This document shows, piece by piece, positions 18,511 to 27,957 of a DNA stretch of 64,000 nucleotides. The first letter of the stretch is position 1, and every line of letters starts with the position of its first letter. The position numbers were made by a program, and so were the translations under genes. The stretch is from assembly GCA_038823915.1 (NCBI GenBank), contig JAWBBY010000002.1, positions 49,519 to 113,518 of the forward strand. The letters are read 5' to 3'. The notes under the pieces are model-generated. The model worked only from the letters and a program-made list of their open reading frames with translations. It was not told the DNA's origin and made no database searches. This stretch comes from Desulfurococcaceae archaeon (GTDB lineage Archaea; Thermoproteota; Thermoprotei_A; Sulfolobales; Desulfurococcaceae).

Positions 18511-19965
18511 ATGAATTGTAGAGAAAGAATTGTTTTAGCATTAATTATCTCTCTACTACTCCAATCCATTGATTTCAATGCAATGTATTCGACTAGTAGT
18601 AATGTAGACTATATGGATATTATTAAAATAGAGCCTTTAATAAACGAGACATTCGTTAGTGGCGTAGTTAAGTTAAAAGTATTTTCTCAGAAACCCAATG
18701 TTGATGTATATGTTAACAACACTATTCAATACAGATTAAGCAACGGTAGTGAATGGTTAGTAGAATTCAATACATCAGCTTGGAGAGATGATCTATATGT
18801 CATAAGTTTCGTAGCTTACGATGAATATGGGAATTACTCTATAAAACTCTTATGGTTTGTCGATAACAATCCACCTATTGCTGAACTGAAACTACCGGTA
18901 TTAACACCCGATAATAAACCGTGGATTAACGGTTCTATAGCTCCAGTCATGGATCCATTTCTTCTCAATGAAAGCGATTATGTTAAATACTTCAATAATA
19001 GTGTTTACTATAAAATATACGTTAAAGGAATTGATCGATGGATCAACTACTCAACTCTATATATAAATGATAGTGTAGCTGAAATCTATTACAGGGATTC
19101 ATTTAGAAAAGGTGTTTTCTTCGGTAACGCTACATTATTAGCATATATTAGAGTCCCATCCAGCGGTTTATACTATATTAAACTAGAAGTAAGAGATCTT
19201 TCGGGAAAAGCGTCATATAGTATTCTCAAAGTAATATTCGATATCGATAAACCCATGCTCAGAATTGATAAGCCAATTAATGGAACGATCACTAATAACA
19301 CAACAGTAGGATTCAAATTAACGCCAATTGATGAAACAAGTAGAGTGTGTGCAATAGGTTTCTACATAACAACAAGTGTAGATGTAAAACCGAGTTTGAG
19401 AAACTACATGCCATTACCAGGTAGATACATGGTAGCTACTAATGAATCGATATATTTCAATCTAACTTTTAACAAAAGTTCTAAGTACATAGTTTGGTTT
19501 ATAGTTATAGATGAGGCATTGAATTACCGTGAAGAATATGTTACTATAACGATCGATAATGAATCTCCAGAATTGTATTTTGAAATAAAACCCTACGATA
19601 CTAAACTACATATTAAGATCAAAGCGTTAGATAACATCTCAGGTATTGAAGAAATAAGAGTTTATATAAACAGTTCTTTAATCATAACTAGCAGGAATTC
19701 AACACTAGAGGCACTAATTAATGCATCAATCGGTTACAATATCGTTGAAATACTAGCGATCGATAGAGCCCAAAACATTGCTTATAAATCAACAACAATA
19801 TATATTAACGCCTCCACTACAGGAACACAAAATCTGGATAGAATTTTGCAAATACCTTCTAGATCACATGAATATTTACACAAATATCTATTGCCCATTT
19901 TTCTAGTCATAGCCATACTTTTAATAATATACGCAACGCATCGGATTAGAATGAGGAAAACCTAA
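18511..19965 (+). CDS. Secreted, C-terminally membrane-anchored, heavily sequon-rich surface protein
   Basis: N-terminal signal-like helix, beta-rich body with more than 20 N-x-S/T sequons by my count, a C-terminal TM (LLPIFLVIAILLIIYA) and a basic tail RIRMRKT. Confidence 0.55.
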   Translation: MNCRERIVLALIISLLLQSIDFNAMYSTSSNVDYMDIIKIEPLINETFVSGVVKLKVFSQKPNVDVYVNNTIQYRLSNGSEWLVEFNTSAWRDDLYVISFVAYDEYGNYSIKLLWFVDNNPPIAELKLPVLTPDNKPWINGSIAPVMDPFLLNESDYVKYFNNSVYYKIYVKGIDRWINYSTLYINDSVAEIYYRDSFRKGVFFGNATLLAYIRVPSSGLYYIKLEVRDLSGKASYSILKVIFDIDKPMLRIDKPINGTITNNTTVGFKLTPIDETSRVCAIGFYITTSVDVKPSLRNYMPLPGRYMVATNESIYFNLTFNKSSKYIVWFIVIDEALNYREEYVTITIDNESPELYFEIKPYDTKLHIKIKALDNISGIEEIRVYINSSLIITSRNSTLEALINASIGYNIVEILAIDRAQNIAYKSTTIYINASTTGTQNLDRILQIPSRSHEYLHKYLLPIFLVIAILLIIYATHRIRMRKT

Positions 19966-20025
19966 TAATACATGATTTTGATTCATACGTTTAGCTAATC
20001 TAGAAATTGGTTTAGTGCAAGTGAA

Positions 20026-20469
20026 TTGGTTTCAAACTCTATACCGCATGATAAAGGTGTGTATCTACTGGTCATTAATGTCGATGAGGATATTGTCGTA
20101 AAGACTCGTAGAAGAGTATTCGATATAAATAGGGGTACATACATATACGTAGGTTCGGCTCGTGGAAATGGGGGTTTGAGAAGTAGATTAACGAGATATT
20201 TGTACAAATCTGGAAAATTGTTTTGGCATATCGATTACCTTTTATCATCGAATTCTACTAAATTGGTAGAATTCTGTTTCTACGTTACTGATGAAGATCT
20301 GGAGTCATTCTTAGCATCCATATTAATCAAAATGTGTTATCCAATAACTGGATTCGGCTCTTCGGATAAAAAGAGGGATTTCTCACATCTTTTCCGTTGT
20401 AACCATTTAGATTCGGTTTTTAACAAATTATATAGATTTTTACCAGGACTGAAATGTATTACTATATGA
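20026..20469 (+). CDS. GIY-YIG superfamily protein (DUF123-like)
   Basis: KGVYLLVI...GTYIYVGSARGNGGLRSRLTRYL....LFWHIDYLL matches the archaeal DUF123/Uri-like pattern (Y-x-Y-v-G-S-A...R-x-x-R-H...HWHIDYL) as I remember it. Confidence 0.6.
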   Translation: MVSNSIPHDKGVYLLVINVDEDIVVKTRRRVFDINRGTYIYVGSARGNGGLRSRLTRYLYKSGKLFWHIDYLLSSNSTKLVEFCFYVTDEDLESFLASILIKMCYPITGFGSSDKKRDFSHLFRCNHLDSVFNKLYRFLPGLKCITI

Positions 20470-20883
20470 TTAGCTTTTTCTAGGTAATATAGCTGATATA
20501 ACCGCTAGAGTTAACAGGAATATCGATAGAACGTAAATTATAATACTGAAATCTAGCTGTAACCTTATGGTATATTCGTTAAATTCTACGCTGTGACTGA
20601 ATAATCCATTATTCGTAACATAGAATACAATGAGTATAGAAGTAATCGATATTAACACGTTGAAAACTATTTTAAGAGGTTTAACAACGTATTTCGAAGC
20701 TATGCTTAAACCTATCGATATAGATGCTAAAGCAATATATGTTGATGATACGAATATCTCCTCTTCATAACCGAGTATTCTTGAGAAAACAAGTGGAACG
20801 ATGTACATAAATAATATTGTGTAAACAATAAGTGTTAATGCGCTGAAAAAGATATCCTTTAATAACCTGTTTATTTTAACCAA
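20470..20883 (-). CDS. Small integral membrane protein (about 4 TM), unknown function
   Basis: 137 aa with four hydrophobic helices. It overlaps the upstream gene by 13 nt, making it the last gene of a three-gene membrane-protein operon. Confidence 0.5.
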   Translation of the reverse strand: MVKINRLLKDIFFSALTLIVYTILFMYIVPLVFSRILGYEEEIFVSSTYIALASISIGLSIASKYVVKPLKIVFNVLISITSILIVFYVTNNGLFSHSVEFNEYTIRLQLDFSIIIYVLSIFLLTLAVISAILPRKS

Positions 20884-21269
20884 TTGACAACTACCATGTT
20901 AACTCTATATATCCCTTCAATTTTGAAATCAATAGAAAGATCTATTGTATCAAATCCACACATACTAGTATTTATAATTAGTATTAGAGTGTAGTTACCT
21001 GGTTTTAATTCATTAAATACAACGTTTGAACCACAAATCGTTATTTTGAAATCTTTTAGAGTAACCGGTACATCATAAATTAATGTTGCGTTAATCATAA
21101 CTAGTTCTTGATTATCTAGCGATTTTCTTATTTCATTTACCACAATGTTGAAAGAACCGGAGGGGTCTTGTACTATATATTGTGTAAACGTTATCAATGG
21201 GTATACCATGTGAATAAATAAAATGATAAAGGATAGCACTATCGATGATTTAACAAGTCCTATAAACAA
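20871..21269 (-). CDS. Small membrane-anchored protein with a beta-rich ectodomain, unknown function
   Basis: 132 aa with an N-terminal TM helix followed by a beta-strand-like soluble part containing sequons (NAT, NYT, NTS). Confidence 0.45.
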   Translation of the reverse strand: MFIGLVKSSIVLSFIILFIHMVYPLITFTQYIVQDPSGSFNIVVNEIRKSLDNQELVMINATLIYDVPVTLKDFKITICGSNVVFNELKPGNYTLILIINTSMCGFDTIDLSIDFKIEGIYRVNMVVVNWLK

Positions 21270-21286
21270 TTCTTTATAACACCGCT

Positions 21287-21607
21287 TTAATCCGATGTAC
21301 GTTTCCTGCTTCTCACATATACCTTAACTATTTTCGGAGGCTTATTGAAATCTATATACGACTTAGTTCCATATTTTATCAATATTGAACCAGACCAAAT
21401 AGCTGCAGCTATGAACGCGATTCTTACAGCTAGATTAACAATAGTGTTTACCGTAATCGATATAGATTGTTCTATAGAACTCGATGAAGAATCTATTGTT
21501 CTATAACTAATGAATTCTTTTAAAGCTAAATAAGCACTAATAATAACTATCGTTATACCAGTAGCTACTAGAACTAGAGGTAAAATAAGTCTCTTATCGA
21601 AATCCAT
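21287..21607 (-). CDS. Small two-TM membrane protein, unknown function
   Basis: 106 aa with two hydrophobic helices and a basic C-terminal tail (KVYVRSRKRTSD). It is the first gene of the trio. Confidence 0.45.
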   Translation of the reverse strand: MDFDKRLILPLVLVATGITIVIISAYLALKEFISYRTIDSSSSSIEQSISITVNTIVNLAVRIAFIAAAIWSGSILIKYGTKSYIDFNKPPKIVKVYVRSRKRTSD

Positions 21608-21673
21608 TTTTTACACCAGAGTTGTAACAATAAATATGAAGAGATTCGTAAATATAGTTATGCTTTCTATATT

Positions 21674-22204
21674 TCAACTACGCTTTTCAATAGGAGTAAT
21701 CTTCATTATTGGTTGATTAGCTTTAACTGCTTGTCCAGGTTTAACGTAGATTTCCGAAACATATCCTGAAATATTGCTTTTAATCTCAACAATCATTTTC
21801 ATCGAGAACAGTAGAGCAACAACATCGTTCTCCTTAACATAATCCCCTATATTGACTTTTATCTCTGTAATAACTCCTGAGATAGGGGCAGTAATCTCTC
21901 CTTTAACGACTAATCTCTTCTCCTCAATCTTGGGCATTCGTAATTTAGTGGAAGAAATTGTTTCAGAAATTCTCTGAATCAGACTCTGCTCGCTATCTAT
22001 AAGGATAGTGCCATCTTTAACTCTAACTCTATGATCAAAACCATCGATATTTACAACGTATTCTTCATCACTAATTTTAGTAACCCTAACCCTGAATTCC
22101 CTATTTATGTTTGTATACTTAACTATTACAAAATCCTTATCCTCATAAGTTTCTACTTCCAGCGACTCGCCACTATAAGTAACTATTTTGAATCTCCTAA
22201 CCAA
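21674..22204 (-). CDS. Biotin carboxyl carrier protein (biotinyl domain)
   Basis: C-terminal biotinyl domain with GEITAPISGVITEIKV..GD.V...D.V..L.SMKM..EI.S..SG.V.EI.V..G (the M-K-M biotinylation motif). Confidence 0.75.
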   Translation of the reverse strand: MVRRFKIVTYSGESLEVETYEDKDFVIVKYTNINREFRVRVTKISDEEYVVNIDGFDHRVRVKDGTILIDSEQSLIQRISETISSTKLRMPKIEEKRLVVKGEITAPISGVITEIKVNIGDYVKENDVVALLFSMKMIVEIKSNISGYVSEIYVKPGQAVKANQPIMKITPIEKRS

Positions 22205-22319
22205 TCAATACACCATAGATCAATGCAAAATATGATAAGTGTGGTCATTGATAAGCGCTGATCATTAAACATATTTTAATTACATAAAATATACTAATTT
22301 AAAGCCACTTGTTTACTAC

Positions 22320-23069
22320 ATGGTAGAGAATGTGAAGAGGTTAGACGAATCCTCTTCAGGTAGTTTAATTAAAGAGATGTTCAAATGCTTGGGTTTAATA
22401 CCTTATAGTTTCAGTATAATTGAGTCGAAATGTTTGGAGAAGTTTCTTAGTATATACTCAAAAACATTGAATGAAGTTGTAGTTTATGGTATTGTATGGC
22501 TTGAAGTGGATTATGAAGGCATTAAGTATGGTTTAGCTTCTAGTTTTAAAATTAGTAAGTTTAGGTCTGAATTAATGAATACCTTGAATAATGGTTTTCG
22601 TTACTTAGATTTAATGAATAAAGCTACGCTAATTAAAAATAGTGATTTGGGTAAATATATTAGAGATTTGAATGAACCGCGTTTCAGAAAGTTTACTGAA
22701 CATGTAGTTCGTTCGGAAACAGCTTGTTATAAAGTAAGTGGAGAGACTACTAGCTATATTTGTTTTATACCAACTAATCTTGGCACATATAGTTTCACAA
22801 ATTTATCATTGAATATTAGATGTTTAGAGGATTACCGCATAGAATTTAACTCTCTAAGCTTTTTCAGCAACTTAGTTTATAAATCTGGCGAAACTCTTCT
22901 CAATGCTTTAAGGAAGATTGTTAGGAGTAGAGCTAGTGAAAATCTTATTAATAAATTCCTCAATTATTTTCATGAATCACTACTAAACGAATTACACAAG
23001 GGTTATTTGAGAATTAAAGATTCAGATACTAGTATTGTGGATGCCATCATTGCCCAGTTTCGTAGGTAA
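22320..23069 (+). CDS. Hypothetical protein
   Basis: 249-aa ORF with ordinary composition. No family recognised. Confidence 0.45.
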   Translation: MVENVKRLDESSSGSLIKEMFKCLGLIPYSFSIIESKCLEKFLSIYSKTLNEVVVYGIVWLEVDYEGIKYGLASSFKISKFRSELMNTLNNGFRYLDLMNKATLIKNSDLGKYIRDLNEPRFRKFTEHVVRSETACYKVSGETTSYICFIPTNLGTYSFTNLSLNIRCLEDYRIEFNSLSFFSNLVYKSGETLLNALRKIVRSRASENLINKFLNYFHESLLNELHKGYLRIKDSDTSIVDAIIAQFRR

Positions 23070-23076
23070 ATGAAGT

Positions 23077-23607
23077 ATGAATATATTCCGCTGTATCAAA
23101 ACTTGTGGTTCTAAATGTTGTAGTTTTAAAACAGAGGAGGAATCTCCGCTTGTTTATCCTTGGGAGAAGAGATATATTGAGAGTCTAGCGAATAATCAGG
23201 TTTTCAAACAATATTTCTGTTATGCTTTAAATGATACTCTAGTGGTTTTGTTATATAAATGGGTTATGTATGGAAAATGCGTTTTTCTGAAAGGGAATTA
23301 TTGCTCAATACATAGTAATAAACCATTATCATGTAGAATGTATCCGCTATTAATTGGTTTTGATGATAATACTCTTAGAGTTAGTAGCTTATGTCCCCAC
23401 GTATCTCTAGACGATGCTGTGTCGAATCCACAAAATTACTTCGAAGAAGAATATAGAATTGCTATGAAGAACTATATTTTACTCAAATTAATTGATGATT
23501 ACATGATTAGTGGTAAGTGGATGAGAGTTTTGAATCCAGATATCCGGAAATACAGCGTTGTTAAAGATATAGATGAAATTATTGAACCACCCGAAATCGA
23601 TATATAA
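23077..23607 (+). CDS. YkgJ-family (CxxCxxCC) cysteine-cluster protein
   Basis: N-terminal CIKTCGSKCC and a later C..H....PL.CRMYP pattern typical of UPF0153/YkgJ zinc/iron-chelating proteins. Confidence 0.6.
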   Translation: MNIFRCIKTCGSKCCSFKTEEESPLVYPWEKRYIESLANNQVFKQYFCYALNDTLVVLLYKWVMYGKCVFLKGNYCSIHSNKPLSCRMYPLLIGFDDNTLRVSSLCPHVSLDDAVSNPQNYFEEEYRIAMKNYILLKLIDDYMISGKWMRVLNPDIRKYSVVKDIDEIIEPPEIDI

Positions 23608-23651
23608 GAGCTTTATTGGAAAGCCTGATCTATAGATTAGATTAATATTCA

Positions 23652-24086
23652 TTATTTCATTATTCTAATGAATAAGCCTAAATCATATATATTTTTATAC
23701 ACGTCATGATAGGGTTCAGCAACACCGATTACTCTATTATCCGAATTATCGATAACAGCAACGGGATTATTTAGAGGTGGGTGAGCTGAAACAATACTTT
23801 CCTTCAGAATATCCCTACCGTAGAGGAATGCTTTACACCCCATATCTGAAACTACAATAGATGCTCTAAATACACCGCTTCTATAAACGTCTTCATAAAT
23901 ATTTATCGAAATATACGGTTTATTTCTAATTAAAACCCCTATCCATCTACCCCCATATACTAGTGCATTAGTGTGAATGTAATGTGCTTCGGAAGAGCAG
24001 TATATTATGCATAATTCGTTGAAACACGAATATTCAGGTTCTTTGCACAAATATTTATCCGGATCTACATCAAGAACGTTCCGCAA
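23652..24086 (-). CDS. Nip7-like pre-PUA plus PUA domain protein
   Basis: The C-terminal AFLYGRDILKESIV....PLNNPVAVIDNSDNRVIGVAEP resembles the PUA part of Nip7/UPF0113 proteins. The first available start is TTG 24086, but the reading frame is open upstream to the TGA of the methyltransferase gene (see findings). Confidence 0.6.
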   Translation of the reverse strand: MRNVLDVDPDKYLCKEPEYSCFNELCIIYCSSEAHYIHTNALVYGGRWIGVLIRNKPYISINIYEDVYRSGVFRASIVVSDMGCKAFLYGRDILKESIVSAHPPLNNPVAVIDNSDNRVIGVAEPYHDVYKNIYDLGLFIRIMK

Positions 24087-24170
24087 ATATAGCCGAATTT
24101 CTTCAATGTAAGTTGTTGGTAGATGACCTTTCTTGAAAGATATTCTTGAACTACGCGTCTTAAATTGAAG

Positions 24171-25202
24171 TCACCTCTTAGTTTTTGTAATTAAACATAG
24201 TGTTAAACCAATCATTTCGTGTTTAAATGGAGTTATTCTAATGCATTTCGATACTCTGTCATCAAAATTTAATCTATGGAATTTACGGATACCGTGGTCC
24301 CAATCGATTAGTTTAATAAATGGTTCAATAATATCAACATCATTTCTAAACTCGAGGATTTTAGATACAACGTACTCGTTCTCCTCCGGAGCAATGCTAC
24401 AAGTAGTATATATTAGTATTCCATCATTGTTGAGAACATCTAGTAGAGAATTAAGTAATTTAATTTGTTTAACAACTAGTCTCGCTAAATCCCTCTGCTT
24501 AGTTTTCCTTTTTCTAGAAGGATCTAGCATAATAACACCTTCACCAGAACATGGTGCATCAACGATAACTCTATCAAACTTTCTCCTAAACACGTCTTTA
24601 ATTTTAGTAGCATCGAGCCATGTTACTACAACATTATTTAATTTCATTCTCAAAATATGGCTAACCAGAGATCTTAATCTATATAGGACGAGATCATTAG
24701 CATACACAATTCCACTATTATTTAAAAGTTCCGCAATAAATGTAGTTTTACCTCCAGGAGCCGCACAAGCATCTAGAACGTCTCCTGAATAGTCATATAG
24801 TAATAATATAACTGGTATTAGAGGCGCAGCATCTCTATGTACATAATAGAATCCCTTCAAATACTCATGTGTTGCACCTATTGAAGGCTTCTCAGGCTTT
24901 TCCAATATTCTGAAAGCATATGGATACCAATCTATATCTCTAAGTTCAAAACCGTGATCAATTAATTTCGAATAAGCATAATCGAGTTCAACAAATCTAG
25001 TATTGATCCTGACAACCGGTTTAAGCTTCTTCTCCATGGATTCGAGTAAACGAAGAGTATCTTGATAACCATACAGTTTTAAGTATCTCTCAATCATGTA
25101 TTTGAAATACCCATATTTAGAAGCTAGTTCTTCAGCTCTAGAACTAGGTGTTACGAATATTTCTCTAAAAACAGTGTTTTCATCAATAAGGTCTTGTTCC
25201 AT
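24171..25202 (-). CDS. NOL1/NOP2/Sun-family RNA (cytosine-C5)-methyltransferase
   Basis: SAM motif DACAAPGGKTT, DAPCSGEG (motif IV Cys) and YTTCS (motif VI Cys). Typical C-terminal end. Confidence 0.85.
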   Translation of the reverse strand: MEQDLIDENTVFREIFVTPSSRAEELASKYGYFKYMIERYLKLYGYQDTLRLLESMEKKLKPVVRINTRFVELDYAYSKLIDHGFELRDIDWYPYAFRILEKPEKPSIGATHEYLKGFYYVHRDAAPLIPVILLLYDYSGDVLDACAAPGGKTTFIAELLNNSGIVYANDLVLYRLRSLVSHILRMKLNNVVVTWLDATKIKDVFRRKFDRVIVDAPCSGEGVIMLDPSRKRKTKQRDLARLVVKQIKLLNSLLDVLNNDGILIYTTCSIAPEENEYVVSKILEFRNDVDIIEPFIKLIDWDHGIRKFHRLNFDDRVSKCIRITPFKHEMIGLTLCLITKTKR

Positions 25203-25204
25203 AA

Positions 25205-25918
25205 TTAATCAGCAATTCTACTCATCAATATGTTTTTCAAAACTCTAGCATTATCGAGCATCCAGTGATTATTATTGAAAAATACGTAAATCCTATCAGC
25301 TCCAGATTCAAATAATTTATTAGCTATTTCTTCTAATTCATTGAAACTATATTCATATCCATACCAGTATTCTCTACCATGTAATCTTAAGTAAATATTC
25401 CTATTACTGCGTACAATCCAATTAGCTATTGGTGCATCTATTGATACAATAGTCAATCCAAGTGTTGAAAACCAATCGACAACATCTTTATTGAAACAAG
25501 ATTGGTGTCTAAATTCAAGTGCAAATCTTTCTCCAAGACTAGTTTCTTCATAGAAAGACTTTATTTTCCTGAGATTTTCTTCACGACAAGTATAGTTAGG
25601 CGGTAATTGGAACAAGTAGAAATCTATGAGGCTATCCATCGGTTTGAAAAGCTCTCTAAAATTAAACCACGTATTTATGGCATCGCTACTTAATTTCCTT
25701 AAATGAGTTATACTACGGTGAACCTTAATAGCCCATCTTAAACTGGAACCTCTACGACTCCACGAAATAACTTGGTTTTTATATGGGAATCTATAGAAAC
25801 TAGCGTTAAGTTCAATAGCATTTAAACCACTATTTTCTACGAACCAATCTAAAGTACCATCCCCATTCCAGTCATATAGCCAACCCGACGTTCCAACGTA
25901 GATCTCCATAAGGATCAC
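25205..25918 (-). CDS. DUF72 (UPF0759) family protein
   Basis: N-terminal YVGTSGWLYDW, ELNASFYRFP, W.IKVHRSITH and later F.LQLPPN blocks typical of DUF72. Confidence 0.75.
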   Translation of the reverse strand: MILMEIYVGTSGWLYDWNGDGTLDWFVENSGLNAIELNASFYRFPYKNQVISWSRRGSSLRWAIKVHRSITHLRKLSSDAINTWFNFRELFKPMDSLIDFYLFQLPPNYTCREENLRKIKSFYEETSLGERFALEFRHQSCFNKDVVDWFSTLGLTIVSIDAPIANWIVRSNRNIYLRLHGREYWYGYEYSFNELEEIANKLFESGADRIYVFFNNNHWMLDNARVLKNILMSRIAD

Positions 25919-26013
25919 AGAACTCCAAATCTACACTAACTATCTAATACAATTCACAACGCTTTTTAATCGAGAATCAACTTTTCCACTACGCTGATCT
26001 ATATCAACCTCCC

Positions 26014-27099
26014 TCACCGCATTACCAAGAACTCCTCAATAGATTTAACGATCTTAAATCCAGCATCCCCTTTCCCTAAAATTCCTTCAACATATTTGTT
26101 TGGTTTATGCATGAGTATTTCTTCTACATCTATAGGTTTACGTGGATCGATTAATTTAACCCAACCATTTTCAAGAAGCTCAACCCATTCAGTATATTCT
26201 CTTAAAACAACCGCCGGTATTTTAACGAGATACGCTTCTCTCTGCACACCTCCAGAATCCGTGACGATTAGTTTAGCATACATAAGTAGTTTTAGAAAAT
26301 CCAGGTAACCTAGAGGTTTAATTAACAATATATTGTTTTCACTCAGTTTCTCTTCAAAACCATATTCTCTAATCATACTATAGGTTCTAGGATGTATTGG
26401 AAACACAACATTATTGTCTCGAGATAAATCGATTAATGCGTTAAGAATATTGATTAACCTAACTTGATCATCCGTATTCTCAGCTCTATGTATAGTAACC
26501 AACACATAATTACCTTTTTCAACACCTAATTTTTCCAAAATCTGGGATTTTTCATCAGCGACTCTAAACCACTTCATTAATACATCGACGTGAATATCTC
26601 CAGTTAATACTATTCTACCTGGAACATTCTCTCTAAGCAAGTTGTTAACAGCTGTTTTCGTAGGTGCGAATAGGAGGCTAGATAGGGTGTCAACAACTCT
26701 TCTATTAACTTCTTCTGGTACTCTACAATCGAATACTCTAAGGCCTGCTTCAACGTGGGCGACATTAAATCCGGATTTTACAGCTGCTAACGTTCCAGCT
26801 AATGTTGAATTAGTATCTCCATAAACAACTACAATATCCGGTTTAATTTCTAGAAGAACCTCTTTAACTCTCTTAATACATTCTCCGACCTGATAACCGT
26901 GAGATCCACTTCCAACACCTAAGTAGTACTGTGGTTGAGGTATCTCTAATTGATCGAAGAAAATTTTACTCAATTCATAATCATAATGTTGACCCGTATG
27001 TATAATTATATGCTCAAATTTTTCTCTCAAAAGATGATCTATCCCCGCTAATTTAACGAAATTCGGTCTCGCCCCCACAACAGAAACTACTTTTTCCAA
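26014..27099 (-). CDS. wecB: UDP-N-acetylglucosamine 2-epimerase (non-hydrolysing)
   Basis: VVGARPNFVK, HTGQHYDYELS, YGDTNSTLAG, HVEAGLR, HRAENTD, HPRT and TDSGGVQREA blocks. TTG start at 27099. Confidence 0.85.
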   Translation of the reverse strand: MEKVVSVVGARPNFVKLAGIDHLLREKFEHIIIHTGQHYDYELSKIFFDQLEIPQPQYYLGVGSGSHGYQVGECIKRVKEVLLEIKPDIVVVYGDTNSTLAGTLAAVKSGFNVAHVEAGLRVFDCRVPEEVNRRVVDTLSSLLFAPTKTAVNNLLRENVPGRIVLTGDIHVDVLMKWFRVADEKSQILEKLGVEKGNYVLVTIHRAENTDDQVRLINILNALIDLSRDNNVVFPIHPRTYSMIREYGFEEKLSENNILLIKPLGYLDFLKLLMYAKLIVTDSGGVQREAYLVKIPAVVLREYTEWVELLENGWVKLIDPRKPIDVEEILMHKPNKYVEGILGKGDAGFKIVKSIEEFLVMR

Positions 27100-27200
27100 T
27101 ACTAAATCCCTGTAGGAAATCTTTTTCTAATGATGATTAAAACGAGTTCAAGATTAAAAACGTGAGTTTAGTTGAGATTACTTAAATAAACAGCTCTCTA

Positions 27201-27208
27201 TTTATAAA
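27201..27208 (+). promoter_or_regulatory. TATA-box-like element upstream of deoC
   Basis: TTTATAAA lies about 30 nt upstream of the deoC ATG (27238). This spacing would give a very short leader, as is common in Crenarchaeota. Confidence 0.35.
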
Positions 27209-27237
27209 CCCAATATGTGCACTACTGAGGGATTGTC

Positions 27238-27957
27238 ATGGACCGATTAATCGAATTCATCAGAGAAGTAGATGAGAAATCCTTCGCGGAAATGATAGAT
27301 CATACGTTGTTAAAACCAGATGCAAACTATAGCTTAGTTGAGAAATACGTTAAGGATACGATAACCTATGGTTTCAAAACACTCGTTTTACCACTTAGTT
27401 TAATACCTATTGCTAAGAGTATTCAACCATCTATAAAGCTGTGTAGTGTTATAGGCTTCCCCTTGGGAAACGTTAGTACTAGAGTTAAAGTATATGAAAC
27501 GCTTGTTGCAGCTGAAGAAGAAGTTGAGGAAATAGATGTTGTAATGAATATATCCTATCTGAAATCGGGGGATTACGATAGAGTTTTGAGAGATTTAGTT
27601 GAAGTAGTCGGTACTGCTAAGAGGAATGGTATTGAGGTAGTTAAGGTCATTATAGAGACAGCTTTATTGAGTGATGATGAGAAGAAAATAGCTTCGGAAA
27701 TCGTTGTGAAAGCCGGAGCCGATTTCGTTAAAACGAATACTGGGTTCCTCGGTGGTGGCGCTACTGTTCACGATGTTACGTTAATTAAGAATACTGTTGG
27801 TGATAGAGCTAAAATTAAAGCTTCGGGTGGAATTAGGCATGCATTAGATGCGATTAGTTTAATTCTGGCTGGAGCGTCGAGAATAGGTACTAGTAGTGGA
27901 GATACTATTATGAAAGAGTACTTGGAGTTTAGAAAAACATTGGTGGGGAAGTATTGA
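27238..27957 (+). CDS. deoC: Deoxyribose-phosphate aldolase
   Basis: IDHTLLKPDA, VIGFPLG, KVIIET, DFVKTNTGF (Schiff-base Lys context) and KASGGIR. Confidence 0.85.
   Translation: MDRLIEFIREVDEKSFAEMIDHTLLKPDANYSLVEKYVKDTITYGFKTLVLPLSLIPIAKSIQPSIKLCSVIGFPLGNVSTRVKVYETLVAAEEEVEEIDVVMNISYLKSGDYDRVLRDLVEVVGTAKRNGIEVVKVIIETALLSDDEKKIASEIVVKAGADFVKTNTGFLGGGATVHDVTLIKNTVGDRAKIKASGGIRHALDAISLILAGASRIGTSSGDTIMKEYLEFRKTLVGKY

Noticed and set aside
22205-22319. ATGATAA ... TTGATAA ... CTGA in the spacer upstream of 22320, considered as a degenerate C/D sRNA.
   Set aside because: The boxes are non-consensus and only about 30 nt apart, with no terminal stem. The spacer is more simply a divergent promoter region.
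27128-27228. Possible C/D-box sRNA in the wecB-deoC spacer: AATGATGA (about 27129-27136) ... CTGA (about 27224-27227), flanked by AATCCC / GGGATT complementarity.
   Set aside because: The boxes are about 95 nt apart, far more than the 50-70 nt of archaeal C/D sRNAs. The complementary flank is about 20 nt from the C box, and I found no C'/D' pair. The region must already hold two divergent promoters, including the TTTATAAA at 27201.
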